Sequence record: NZ_CP104306.1
DNA length: 64,000 nucleotides
Reading direction: 5' to 3' (one strand)
DNA from: a plasmid
Part shown: positions 37,192 to 46,008 of the stretch, piece after piece
How the letters are laid out: every line of letters starts with the position of its first letter
Numbering within the stretch: the first letter of the stretch is position 1
Translations under genes and position numbers: made by a program
Notes under the pieces: generated by a model
What the model was told of the DNA's origin: nothing
The model's database searches: none
What the model saw: the letters and a program-made list of their open reading frames with translations, nothing else

Positions 37192-37929
37192 CTAATTCTT
37201 GTCTTTCTTTTTGCTCTTCTCTAGGTTGGCTAACTCTTCACGAACCCTATGATGGCGGCGAATCACTTTACGAACTCGGTTATGTTTTTGTTGTGCAGAA
37301 TCAAATGGCCCCCGGTAATCTTTCTGTCGTTGTCGCTCAGTTCTTTGTCCTTGTTTGACTTGAACAGACGAGGCATATTGGCTTGTGAACTCAATCATAA
37401 ATTGATCTGGTACAACCCGGCCATCTTGTAATTGCCGCTGCTTTTGTTTGGTAACATAAAGCACCATCACATCATGTAGCTGGCCATCTTTGCCACGAAC
37501 ATGCGCAACTCGCCCTAATGGCCGATCCGGAATGACCAAATCATCAGGGACTAGCCAGTAGTATTTAGTCGGTCGAATGCGCTTTGGCGTCATGAAGTAA
37601 CCTGCCATCATAGTAACTTTTCCAAGTACCTTGACGTGACGATTACGATGCTGCGTAAAGGCTTTTAACTCCGTATCAGTCTCTGTTTTCTCCTGGATCA
37701 AGCGTTCTTTGACGGCGGCATAGCTGTGCTTTCTAGCTTCTTCCGCTCGTTGATTAGCAGTTTTTTGTGCCTCTGCCAGAATATCCTCTCGTTCATCAGG
37801 ATCACTCGTTTGAATCATGAGTAAGTGCAGACCGGCACGTTCTGCCTCAGTTAGCTCTTTGAGGTTTTTGAGCGCTACCTCTTCCGGAAAGGCTTCACGT
37901 TTCCGTTGATTAAACTCTTTAGAATTCAT
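37192..37929 (-). CDS. Replication-associated hypothetical protein downstream of repA (245 aa)
   Basis: Start MNSKEF has GGAGG (inside the repA 3' end) 8 nt upstream. Charged and helical. Confidence 0.5.
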   Translation of the reverse strand: MNSKEFNQRKREAFPEEVALKNLKELTEAERAGLHLLMIQTSDPDEREDILAEAQKTANQRAEEARKHSYAAVKERLIQEKTETDTELKAFTQHRNRHVKVLGKVTMMAGYFMTPKRIRPTKYYWLVPDDLVIPDRPLGRVAHVRGKDGQLHDVMVLYVTKQKQRQLQDGRVVPDQFMIEFTSQYASSVQVKQGQRTERQRQKDYRGPFDSAQQKHNRVRKVIRRHHRVREELANLEKSKKKDKN

Positions 37930-38989
37930 CAGGGTCGCCTCCATTAGCTGTCATGAGTGATTTATTCCAGTATGCCACCAAGGTCTCTTTCATAGCACCA
38001 AACAAGTAATTTTCGACGTTGTTAATTTTTTTACTGTCAGAACGTAAAACGTTAAAAAACCGGCGCATAGTCTTGTTTATCATTTCTTGGCATAGCGGAT
38101 CGTCAAGTACAATCGCCGTTCCTTCATGTTCCCTTTCTACAGCCTTTTTGGCATTTAGGATAATGCCGAGGAACCGATGCAATTGTTTAGGTGAGCGGCA
38201 CCAAAGGCCTAGCAGTTCAACGCCTTCTTTGTTGAGAAAGAGGCCACCTGTTGTTGATTCAGGCAGATAGTTTCTGGCATTTTTTACGAGATCTTGATTT
38301 TGCTTTTTAATGATCTCAGGTGAATATCGATTTGTGGAAAAGTCCAGTTTTTCTGTCTCTTTATTGTCTCTAGTATTTGTATCTAAAGTCTTATATAGAT
38401 TGTGACCGATTTTCGGTTTCCCGCTATTTTCAAGGGGTCCGGCTTCACTTGAGTTCTTATGTCGCGGGCGACCGATTTTCGGTTTCCCGCTGTTTTCGGT
38501 GGCTTGGACGGTCTCTTGCGGGCGACCGATTTTCGGTTTCCCGTACTGTGTATGGGTTTTTACGTCTTCATTAGGTTCAAAAGCCTTGAGATAAACATCA
38601 GTTGCACTAACATCCAGTTCGGATAAATATAGCCGATTTGGCTCATTTTTTCCCGTTTTAGGATTAAACCCGACTACTTCTTGATAAAGTAAATTTGCAT
38701 TTATGAGATCTGATTTAACCTTACGAAGTTTATCGTTTGACCAATGCATTAGCGATTTCAGCTCTTGGTTTGTAAAAATGAAATACACATGATTTGATTC
38801 ATCAATCCAATTGTTTTTTAACGAGTAGTCGAGCCTGCTTTGAAGAACCATATAGGCAATTTTGGCACTATCGCTAAGGGACTTATATTTTTCTCCGTAT
38901 AGCAAAACTTGTGGAAATTGGAAGTATTTTTTTTGATACGCAGAAGATTTTTCAATAAAAGTGAATTTGTGCTTTGAATGTGTCATCAT
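37919..38989 (-). CDS. repA: RepA_N-family theta-replication initiator
   Basis: N-terminal FQFPQVLLYGEKYKSLSDSAKIAYMVLQSRLDYSLKNNWIDESNHVYFIFTNQELKSLMHWS is a RepA_N domain. The central region encodes SGKPKIGRP three times, corresponding to DNA iterons. Confidence 0.85.
   Translation of the reverse strand: MMTHSKHKFTFIEKSSAYQKKYFQFPQVLLYGEKYKSLSDSAKIAYMVLQSRLDYSLKNNWIDESNHVYFIFTNQELKSLMHWSNDKLRKVKSDLINANLLYQEVVGFNPKTGKNEPNRLYLSELDVSATDVYLKAFEPNEDVKTHTQYGKPKIGRPQETVQATENSGKPKIGRPRHKNSSEAGPLENSGKPKIGHNLYKTLDTNTRDNKETEKLDFSTNRYSPEIIKKQNQDLVKNARNYLPESTTGGLFLNKEGVELLGLWCRSPKQLHRFLGIILNAKKAVEREHEGTAIVLDDPLCQEMINKTMRRFFNVLRSDSKKINNVENYLFGAMKETLVAYWNKSLMTANGGDPDEF
38404..38545. repeat. Three 22-bp direct repeats (iterons) inside repA; candidate origin
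   Basis: GACCGATTTTCGGTTTCCCGCT at 38404, 38470 and 38524 (the third ends in GTA). Each unit contains the ACCGA ttt TCGGT hairpin. Confidence 0.7.
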
Positions 38990-39099
38990 GGATTCTCCTT
39001 ATACAAAAAAAGAACGTGGCTACACGCCAAATTCTAAGTGTTTTTTTCGTCGAAGTAAACAATAAAATTATGCTGATGCCTTAATGTGGGCAATTGATA

Positions 39100-39385
39100 G
39101 CGACGTCAAAGTGTCTTAGTCCTTTAGTACTTTGAAGTCATAGTATCTAGATAGCAAAGTGGCAAAGTACTTTGACGCCTGCGGTACTTAAATACTTTGA
39201 CACTGTGCGTGCGTGTGTACCGTGTGATTAAAGTACCTTAGTGTCTTTTTCTGATGGAGACCGGCTGATTAACTGAGTTTAAATCTAAAGGCGAGACAAA
39301 AGCATTAAAGTACTTTGCAGTCCTTAGTACCTTGACGTCATAGTACCAAAGTGTCATAATGCCAATAGTACTTAGGTACTTAGAA
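39100..39385. promoter_or_regulatory. Centromere-like (parS/parC) repeat array upstream of parA
   Basis: At least eight copies of AGTAC(T/C)TTGA(C/A) or its inverse GTCAAAGTG in direct and inverted orientation. Confidence 0.55.
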
Positions 39386-39403
39386 CGCAAAGGAGGAAAT
39401 GCA

Positions 39404-40171
39404 ATGCCTTGCTTAACAATTGCAATTGCAAATCAAAAGGGTGGTGTAGCGAAAACTACAACCGTTAGTGAGTTAGGAGAACTGCTATCGCAGCAATATC
39501 ATAAAAAGGTATTGATGATTGACATTGATCCTCAGGCAAGTTTGACTTCCATTAAAGGTGATATGAATGACATAATTATCAACAATCGAAAAACTATGTC
39601 GAACGTTATGCTCAGGCAATCTTCGATTGACGAAATTGTTATTCCCATCAAGACAAACTTGTACTTAGCTCCTGCAACTTTAGTTCTATCGGATGTAGAG
39701 CTTAACATCATTAATGCAACACTTCGGGAATTAATTTTAAAGGCTGCGTTGAATTCGATGTTGGGAAGTTATGATTTTGTTCTGATTGATTGTCCACCGA
39801 GTAGGGGACTACTTACAGTTAATGCACTTAGCGCTAGTGATTATGTTTTAATTCCGATACAAGCCGAATACCAAGCATTACTTGGACTTCAATTATTGAA
39901 AAATACTGTGGCCAATGTTCAATCGCAAATCAATAAGGAATTGAAGGTATGGGGATACGTGGTTACCATGACAACGCGAACCAATCAATCATCAGATACA
40001 TTGAACGAAATTAAAAAGGATCACTACCCAATTTTAAGTACGATTCCACGATCCACCAAGGTTTCAGATGCAGGAGTAGCTAACATGTCTACCTATGAAT
40101 TTGACACGAATAATCCAGCTGGATCAGCGTATTTAAAACTTTCTGAAAAGTTACTCGGTTTAGAAATGTAG
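39404..40171 (+). CDS. parA: ParA/Soj-family partition ATPase
   Basis: Deviant Walker A IANQKGGVAKTTT. Start has AAAGGAGG 8 nt upstream. The tracked ORF from 39359 lacks an RBS. Confidence 0.85.
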   Translation: MPCLTIAIANQKGGVAKTTTVSELGELLSQQYHKKVLMIDIDPQASLTSIKGDMNDIIINNRKTMSNVMLRQSSIDEIVIPIKTNLYLAPATLVLSDVELNIINATLRELILKAALNSMLGSYDFVLIDCPPSRGLLTVNALSASDYVLIPIQAEYQALLGLQLLKNTVANVQSQINKELKVWGYVVTMTTRTNQSSDTLNEIKKDHYPILSTIPRSTKVSDAGVANMSTYEFDTNNPAGSAYLKLSEKLLGLEM

Positions 40172-40181
40172 GTGTAGTTAA

Positions 40182-40565
40182 ATGGCAAATCGCAAACGAG
40201 TATCAATATCTGAAAAGAATATCCCGAACCCTGCTACTTACGATTCTTTATTCAAAAATGAGGGCAGTACGCAAAGAATAGAAAATGCTGATAAGAAAGA
40301 AGAACGCGAGAGCAGTAAAGACGTTCAAAAAAAGTTGCACAGATTTGAGGATATAAAAGCTTATTATTTAAATTTCGACAGAAAAAAGCAGATTTCAACA
40401 TATATGCCTAGAGCATTACAAATAAAATTGAAGTCAAAGGCCGCTGCTGAAAATATGACCTTGTCGCAATTCTTGCTGAATTTAATCTTGAGCCAAGGTT
40501 TAACTGACCAAGAAATTAAAGAAGCTTATCAATATGAAATTGACCATCCAGAAATTAATAAGTAA
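40182..40565 (+). CDS. Small ParB analogue with a C-terminal ribbon-helix-helix (ParG-like)
   Basis: Immediately downstream of parA. C-terminal ISTYMPRALQIKLKSKAAAENMTLSQFLLNLI is RHH-like. Confidence 0.55.
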   Translation: MANRKRVSISEKNIPNPATYDSLFKNEGSTQRIENADKKEERESSKDVQKKLHRFEDIKAYYLNFDRKKQISTYMPRALQIKLKSKAAAENMTLSQFLLNLILSQGLTDQEIKEAYQYEIDHPEINK

Positions 40566-40639
40566 AGGGTGAGTTATCAAAATAAACGCTTAATTTCTCA
40601 GAATGCCTAAGCAATTAAAAAAGCCAACAAATTGAACTG

Positions 40640-40999
40640 TTAGTGTATCTTGGGAAAAGCCTTTAGATTGCTATGTCCATGTATTAAGTCTTGTTGCACC
40701 TCTGTGTCTGGAAGAATCAAATGATTGGTATCACGGTATTCAATGCTTAGGTTAGAATGCTGCTTCAAAGAAGAAAGAAAATGCTCATACTGGTCTTTAT
40801 TACGTTTGAAGCAGGCGATCTCATAGCTTTTGGTCAACTTTGCTTTGAACCGTTGCATGTAGATGAAGAATGAGTAGCAGTCTTCAAAGTGGTTATCGAC
40901 CACCACCAACCAATAACGAGTGTGCGGCGCACGGGTGAAGTAATGATCGTACTGTGACAGCATCAATTTAATGCCAAGCCTTAGTTCGGTTTCCTTATC
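40640..40999 (-). CDS. Hypothetical protein downstream of umuC (about 120 aa if the start is MDKETEL)
   Basis: The tracked ORF (to 41107) overlaps umuC by 112 nt. The internal Met gives a 5-nt overlap. Confidence 0.4.
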   Translation of the reverse strand, partial: DKETELRLGIKLMLSQYDHYFTRAPHTRYWLVVVDNHFEDCYSFFIYMQRFKAKLTKSYEIACFKRNKDQYEHFLSSLKQHSNLSIEYRDTNHLILPDTEVQQDLIHGHSNLKAFPKIH

Positions 41000-42302
41000 C
41001 ATGATGCCCACCAACCAATCCGGCGCGATCAATTGCGGTCGCGCCTTTTTCTTTGGAGTAGCCCCGAACAATTGCTTTGTAGCCATATAGCTGACGAATC
41101 TTGTCAATTGTTTGATCTAACAAAACGTTTGCTTCCTCCTTCTCTGCTGATTCAAATAGACTAAGTTGCATCGAGCTTGCAAGACTGATGCGATTAACAC
41201 GAACTGAAACATTTCTGACGGCATGGCCGTTCCACTTACTATGGAAGAGATAGCGAGCGGCGCGAATCAAATCGTCAGTGCGGTTTGTGGGATCAATCTT
41301 CATTTGCGCACCGAAACCGGAGGTGCCCGCTTCTTCTGCATCAGCATAACCAATTCCAACGCTAACCACTTCACCTTGTACTTGATGGTGACGAAGTCGG
41401 CCCGCCACTTGATCAGCAATCTCGCTAAGCACGACTTCAATCTCCCTTGCCTGCGTGTAATCACGCATGAGTACCTGACTATTGCCATAGCCTTTGTTCT
41501 CAGCGCGTGGCAAATAGCGACGAGTCAAATCCGAGTAATCAATACCCCACGAATGGAAATACAAGGCATCGCCGAGAACGCCGAAGCGTTGATGTAATAA
41601 AAGCCGATCGGTGTGTGCAAGATCATAGAGGCTGTGAATGCCTATTGCATTAAGCTTTTTTGCGGTACGGCTGCCGATTGACCAGAAATCGGCCAAGTCA
41701 TGTAGTTGCCATATGGTTTCGGGTACCCGGTCGTAAGTCCAAGTGGCTTGCCACGGAGCGGCTTTCTTGGCTTCGTTATCGAGAGCCAGTTTTGCCAGTA
41801 GAGGATTCTGACTAATACCAACGGTCGTGATAATGCCAAACTGATCGAACACCTTTTTTTGAATTTGCGTTGCGATTTCTTGATTAGAGCCGAAGAGATT
41901 ATGTGAGTGGGTGACGTCAATAAAGGATTCATCAATAGAATAAGGGTACCAATGAGCATCGTCAGTAAACTGGCGATAAATACGATTAATCCCGTAGTTC
42001 TTGCGAATATAATCCGCCATCCGTGGTTCGGCCAGTTCAATCTGCATGTCGTCCCGCAATTGAAAGCGGCGCGTGCTCAAGCCAACATGGTAACGTTTCT
42101 TGCAGTTGGGACTAGCAGCTAACACCAGGCCGCCAGGAGAATCGCCTTTGCTAAGCACGGCAATATCAGCTGCCAGCGGGTGAATGCCGCGTCGAATGGC
42201 CTCAACTGATGCGTAAAAGGACTTGCAGTCAATACACATGATGTCGTGTACCGGTAGTCTCGTTGGATCATCTAGTGGCGTGGTCATGCTAACGCCCACC
42301 AC
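40995..42302 (-). CDS. umuC: Y-family translesion DNA polymerase (UmuC/RumB-like)
   Basis: N-terminal IMCIDCKSFYASVE catalytic region. Little-finger region. 435 aa. Confidence 0.85.
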   Translation of the reverse strand: MVGVSMTTPLDDPTRLPVHDIMCIDCKSFYASVEAIRRGIHPLAADIAVLSKGDSPGGLVLAASPNCKKRYHVGLSTRRFQLRDDMQIELAEPRMADYIRKNYGINRIYRQFTDDAHWYPYSIDESFIDVTHSHNLFGSNQEIATQIQKKVFDQFGIITTVGISQNPLLAKLALDNEAKKAAPWQATWTYDRVPETIWQLHDLADFWSIGSRTAKKLNAIGIHSLYDLAHTDRLLLHQRFGVLGDALYFHSWGIDYSDLTRRYLPRAENKGYGNSQVLMRDYTQAREIEVVLSEIADQVAGRLRHHQVQGEVVSVGIGYADAEEAGTSGFGAQMKIDPTNRTDDLIRAARYLFHSKWNGHAVRNVSVRVNRISLASSMQLSLFESAEKEEANVLLDQTIDKIRQLYGYKAIVRGYSKEKGATAIDRAGLVGGHHG

Positions 42303-42669
42303 CGGTCAGGATTGAGCAAAGCTACGTTACGAATATCAGCGGCATTGACTGATTGGGTGTCGCCGTTCTTGAGTTGTAAATAAACCTGATCGTCCCAATG
42401 ACCAATAACGGCGCCCTCAATATCTGGTAGCAACCGATCATCGTAGGGTGTGCCAATTTGAACGGCTACGATTTTTGCATTTTGCCAGGCATCTTCAAGG
42501 ATGTCGCTAATGGTTTCTTGAGACTGTTCTGGCTTTGGTTCGACAGGACGTTCAGAAATGGAAGCTTTCTCCATATAGGCAGAATGATCACTGAGAATCC
42601 AACCGAGCCATTTCTTCATGCCGCGATCAGGATAAAGCCACTGTTCTCTAGGTACATTGTTTTCCATCA
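42284..42669 (-). CDS. yolD: YolD-like protein (UmuD analogue), upstream of umuC
   Basis: Start MMENN has GGAGGTG upstream. YolD-like C-terminal region. Overlaps umuC by 19 nt. Confidence 0.6.
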
Positions 42670-42771
42670 TGAACACCTCCACATCATAATTATACGAACA
42701 CATGTTCGATTAGTCAATGAGAGCTACTTGCTTATATCCCAAATGAGATATATAATTTAGAGGAAGCAAAA

Positions 42772-42981
42772 TTGTCAAATAGGAGGCAGATATTGAAGCT
42801 GAGAGACAAAGTACAAGCGTTGCTTGACAGTGATGCTACGTCCTATGCAATTGCTAAGGAAACCGGGATCAGCAATTCAACAATCGTGGAGCTACGGCAT
42901 GGCAAAAGAAAACTCAGCAACATCACATTGAAGGTTGCTGAGCGATTAGGGGAATATTATGACACGCACCAGGCAAAATAG
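42772..42981 (+). CDS. Small HTH regulator, divergent from yolD-umuC
   Basis: TTG start with AGAGGAAG upstream. TSYAIAKETGISNSTIVELRHGKRKL is an HTH. A -10 TATAAT lies at about 42760. Confidence 0.45.
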   Translation: MSNRRQILKLRDKVQALLDSDATSYAIAKETGISNSTIVELRHGKRKLSNITLKVAERLGEYYDTHQAK

Positions 42982-43002
42982 AAGCTGTCGTATTCGTTAA
43001 GA

Positions 43003-43425
43003 CTATGGATTCTTCACTAGCGAATGATCTACTTTAACCATCGTGAAAGATGCCTGTGTTGTGCCACTCTGAACGGAACCTGAAATTGTATTACCGTCAG
43101 ACTTTGAAATGGTAAATACTGTGTTTGGGTTATTGGAATCTGAGCTAATAAGCTCGAATTGAGAATTGCTCAGATATTTGACGGAGCCAAGTTTGTCTTT
43201 GGAAACAGTGTATTGTCCATCGTTTTGTTCAACATTGTAGACGTTTGTGTCTGTAAACTTAAGCGGAGTAACTTGATCGTAATTGCTCATTTTTACATTC
43301 CAAACATTGTTTGCCAACGTTTGTTGTATACTTTTTGGCCATAAGAAGACTGCCAATATAATAATGGCAAACAGAGCAACTAAAATGGTTATAATACCAT
43401 TGCGTGATTTGATTTTGTTGATCAA
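43003..43425 (-). CDS. Membrane-anchored hypothetical protein (140 aa)
   Basis: N-terminal transmembrane helix. Beta-rich extracellular part. Confidence 0.45.
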   Translation of the reverse strand: MINKIKSRNGIITILVALFAIIILAVFLWPKSIQQTLANNVWNVKMSNYDQVTPLKFTDTNVYNVEQNDGQYTVSKDKLGSVKYLSNSQFELISSDSNNPNTVFTISKSDGNTISGSVQSGTTQASFTMVKVDHSLVKNP

Positions 43426-43671
43426 ATGACATCACCTATCTTTCATAGTTTTAAAATCATTCATAGACTAAGCATAACATTATTCACAAAGAGATAATTT
43501 ACAACCAGATATCCAGAGGCATTAGACGAGCATCATTAAGGCACACTAAATCAAACTCGGAGAAGAATGATGCATTGAGATGTACTGTCAGAACTTCAAT
43601 AGCGGTGATTTCATTTTCTGGATTTCAAAGAGTAGCTTGCTAACTATAAGTAACGCAAGGAGGAAGGAAAT

Positions 43672-44232
43672 ATGAAAGCTGTGGAAGGAGTTGCGATTTA
43701 CTTAAGCGGTGTTTTTTCTCAAGTAATAGTAACCTTGTTTCAAAATTGGATCAAACGTCGACAACAGCGTAGCGAACGCATAGGGGAAGCATTTGAAAAT
43801 ATTTATGGTGATTGGCAGGAAGTGTTAAGCTTCCTAGGAAAAGTGAACGACAATTTCAAAAACTGGCAGAAATGGAACGATGAAAACTTGGCAAATCCTA
43901 ATTATTATGATGACAATCAAATTTATGAACCCAAACCAGTGATGGAGCAGAAAAGTTTTCAAGAAAAGTTTGAAGATGCTGCAAAATCATTTAACAAAAT
44001 TAGTAAGGTAATAAATGAGTTTCAACTTTTTCTTACCGACAAACAACGCAGCAAGGTTATATTGGCAATGGATACCATTGATAGCATGCTTCGTGATATA
44101 GATCAGTTATGTTTTGTATATGGAGAAGAAAACTACGTTGATGATGAAGATCTACCTTACAATGCTGACAAAGCCAAGATTTTGAGAGATGCAGATCGTG
44201 TGATTAAGAATAAGGCTAAAAGGGGAGTGTAG
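43672..44232 (+). CDS. Hypothetical protein (186 aa)
   Basis: RBS AAGGAGG precedes the start. No recognised motif. Confidence 0.45.
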   Translation: MKAVEGVAIYLSGVFSQVIVTLFQNWIKRRQQRSERIGEAFENIYGDWQEVLSFLGKVNDNFKNWQKWNDENLANPNYYDDNQIYEPKPVMEQKSFQEKFEDAAKSFNKISKVINEFQLFLTDKQRSKVILAMDTIDSMLRDIDQLCFVYGEENYVDDEDLPYNADKAKILRDADRVIKNKAKRGV

Positions 44233-44671
44233 AGTATCATCAGTTGAACCTTTAAGCAGTTATATTTTTAGACGAATGAGGAACAACCTCAAAGTAGCCA
44301 AAATTAAAAAAGAAGAGATTGCGTGTTGCACTCTCCAATTATGCTAGTGTGTCCTTTCGGGCAGGTTTTGTTATCCGAAAAGTCCCTAACTTGCGTGGCT
44401 CATTTTTTAGTGTGTCTAGCTCTAAATGCTGTAATTTAATTAGTGGCCGGTGAAAGCTTATGCATTTCCCGATAGATCAACACTTAAGCAAGCAAACACA
44501 GGAGTTTTGATGTATGGCTATTCGCCAGTTTAGTATACTTGTTCGCACTTTATCCCTTTGAACATGAATAAGTTCAAACTGGGAACGCAACATCTCAAAT
44601 TTCACATTTATTTTGTATGATCACAAGTACTGATCCATCAACGATCTCTTGTTGGATCTGCCTTTACTTCC

Positions 44672-45718
44672 TAGATTGCAATAATAAAGTTACCACCTAG
44701 AAAGAGGCTTGCTCACTGCTTGAACTGGGGTTTGCCAACGGAGACATTTTCTAGGTTTGTTATTGATAAGCGCTGTGGCTTGTTGAATATCGGTCTCTGA
44801 AACCTGATCAAACTGTGTTCCCTTCGGGAAATAGTAGCGAAGTTCTCGATTGAACCGTTCATTTGTGCCCCGTTCATTCGGGTGATAGGCGTGGCAAAAG
44901 TAAACCGGTATCCGATAGCGCTTTGTAAGCGCCTGATCGCAGGAAAACTCTTTACCGTGATCAACCGTCACTGATCGAACCGGACCCGGAAAGTCCACCA
45001 TCAGTCTTGCAAATCCCTTGAGAACAGCATTTTGTGATAAGTTTTCAAGCTTAGTTGTCGCCATTAAACGTGTCACCCGATCGACAATGGTCAAAACAGC
45101 AGCCTTTGACCCGCGACCACCGCGAACTGTATCCATCTCTAAATGTCCTTTTTCGGTTCGCCGGTTAGCTGACTCACTGCGAATCTCAATTGAGGTGCCT
45201 ACTGCTTGGTTATAGCGCGACCGAAGGTCTTGTCTACTTTTATGACGTTTACCGTGATCAAAGAGTTGGCTTGGCTGAAAATCGACTTGTCTTTGATAAA
45301 TCCAGTGGTAAATCGTGTGTGGCGCACAGTGAACGGCATAACCGACCATTTCAGGGGACCAACCTAGGTTTAGCTTCTCAGTTACCATCCGCTTCAACTT
45401 AGGCGTTAAAATCGAGTGCCGACCACAACGATGCCGACAAGTATCGGCATGATCCTGAGCTATAATGGCGCAGTAATCACCTTCAGGGCAACGGTGAAGC
45501 TCATGCCTAATAGAAATACGAGAGCGGCCTAAGGTCGCGGCGATGTATTGAATCGTGTGATGTTGCATCAGTTCTATCTGAGATCGTTCAATTAAGGTTA
45601 TAATGGCCATGGGACCTGTCCTTCTCTCTAGATGGTATGTTATGCAAACACCATTTTAGCAAGAACGGACAGGTCTTTTTTCACATTTTCTGGGTGGTAA
45701 CTTTAATTATGCAATCTA
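44672..45718 (-). mobile_element. IS30-family insertion sequence, copy 1 (1047 bp)
   Basis: Terminal inverted repeats TAGATTGCAATAATAAAGTTACCACC (outer) and GGTGGTAACTTTAATTATGCAATCTA (inner). Near-identical to the copy at 50729..51775 in inverted orientation. Confidence 0.8.
44690..45610 (-). CDS. IS30-family transposase (306 aa)
   Basis: N-terminal HTH. DDE region ...MDTVRG... typical of IS30. One substitution (S versus R) relative to the second copy. Confidence 0.9.
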   Translation of the reverse strand: MAIITLIERSQIELMQHHTIQYIAATLGRSRISIRHELHRCPEGDYCAIIAQDHADTCRHRCGRHSILTPKLKRMVTEKLNLGWSPEMVGYAVHCAPHTIYHWIYQRQVDFQPSQLFDHGKRHKSRQDLRSRYNQAVGTSIEIRSESANRRTEKGHLEMDTVRGGRGSKAAVLTIVDRVTRLMATTKLENLSQNAVLKGFARLMVDFPGPVRSVTVDHGKEFSCDQALTKRYRIPVYFCHAYHPNERGTNERFNRELRYYFPKGTQFDQVSETDIQQATALINNKPRKCLRWQTPVQAVSKPLSRW

Positions 45719-46008
45719 GGACTTCAACTGTTTATAAGCGTTTTGTATCAATATCCAGAAAAAAATATAAAGCTTTCACCAGCCACTAATAAGTTTTGAA
45801 TCAGGCAAGCCACAGAAGGGATTTATTCGGCCTTGATCAACATTCGTCATTCAGATAGTTTCACGGCACATGAAAAACGAGATTGAAATTACAAAGTCAT
45901 CGTTCCCTTATGAGAAATCGTTGAAAAAGAAATATAAAGCAGGCGCCGTATGCTGAAGTTGCAAAGTGTCACCGTGCACCGCTGGCAAAGCATTAAAAAT
46001 TATTAGGG

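Noticed and set aside
39359-39403. Longer parA start (MPIVLRYLERKGGNAM...)
   Set aside because: That start sits inside the centromere-like repeat array without an RBS. ATG 39404 has AAAGGAGG at optimal spacing and begins exactly at the Walker A region.
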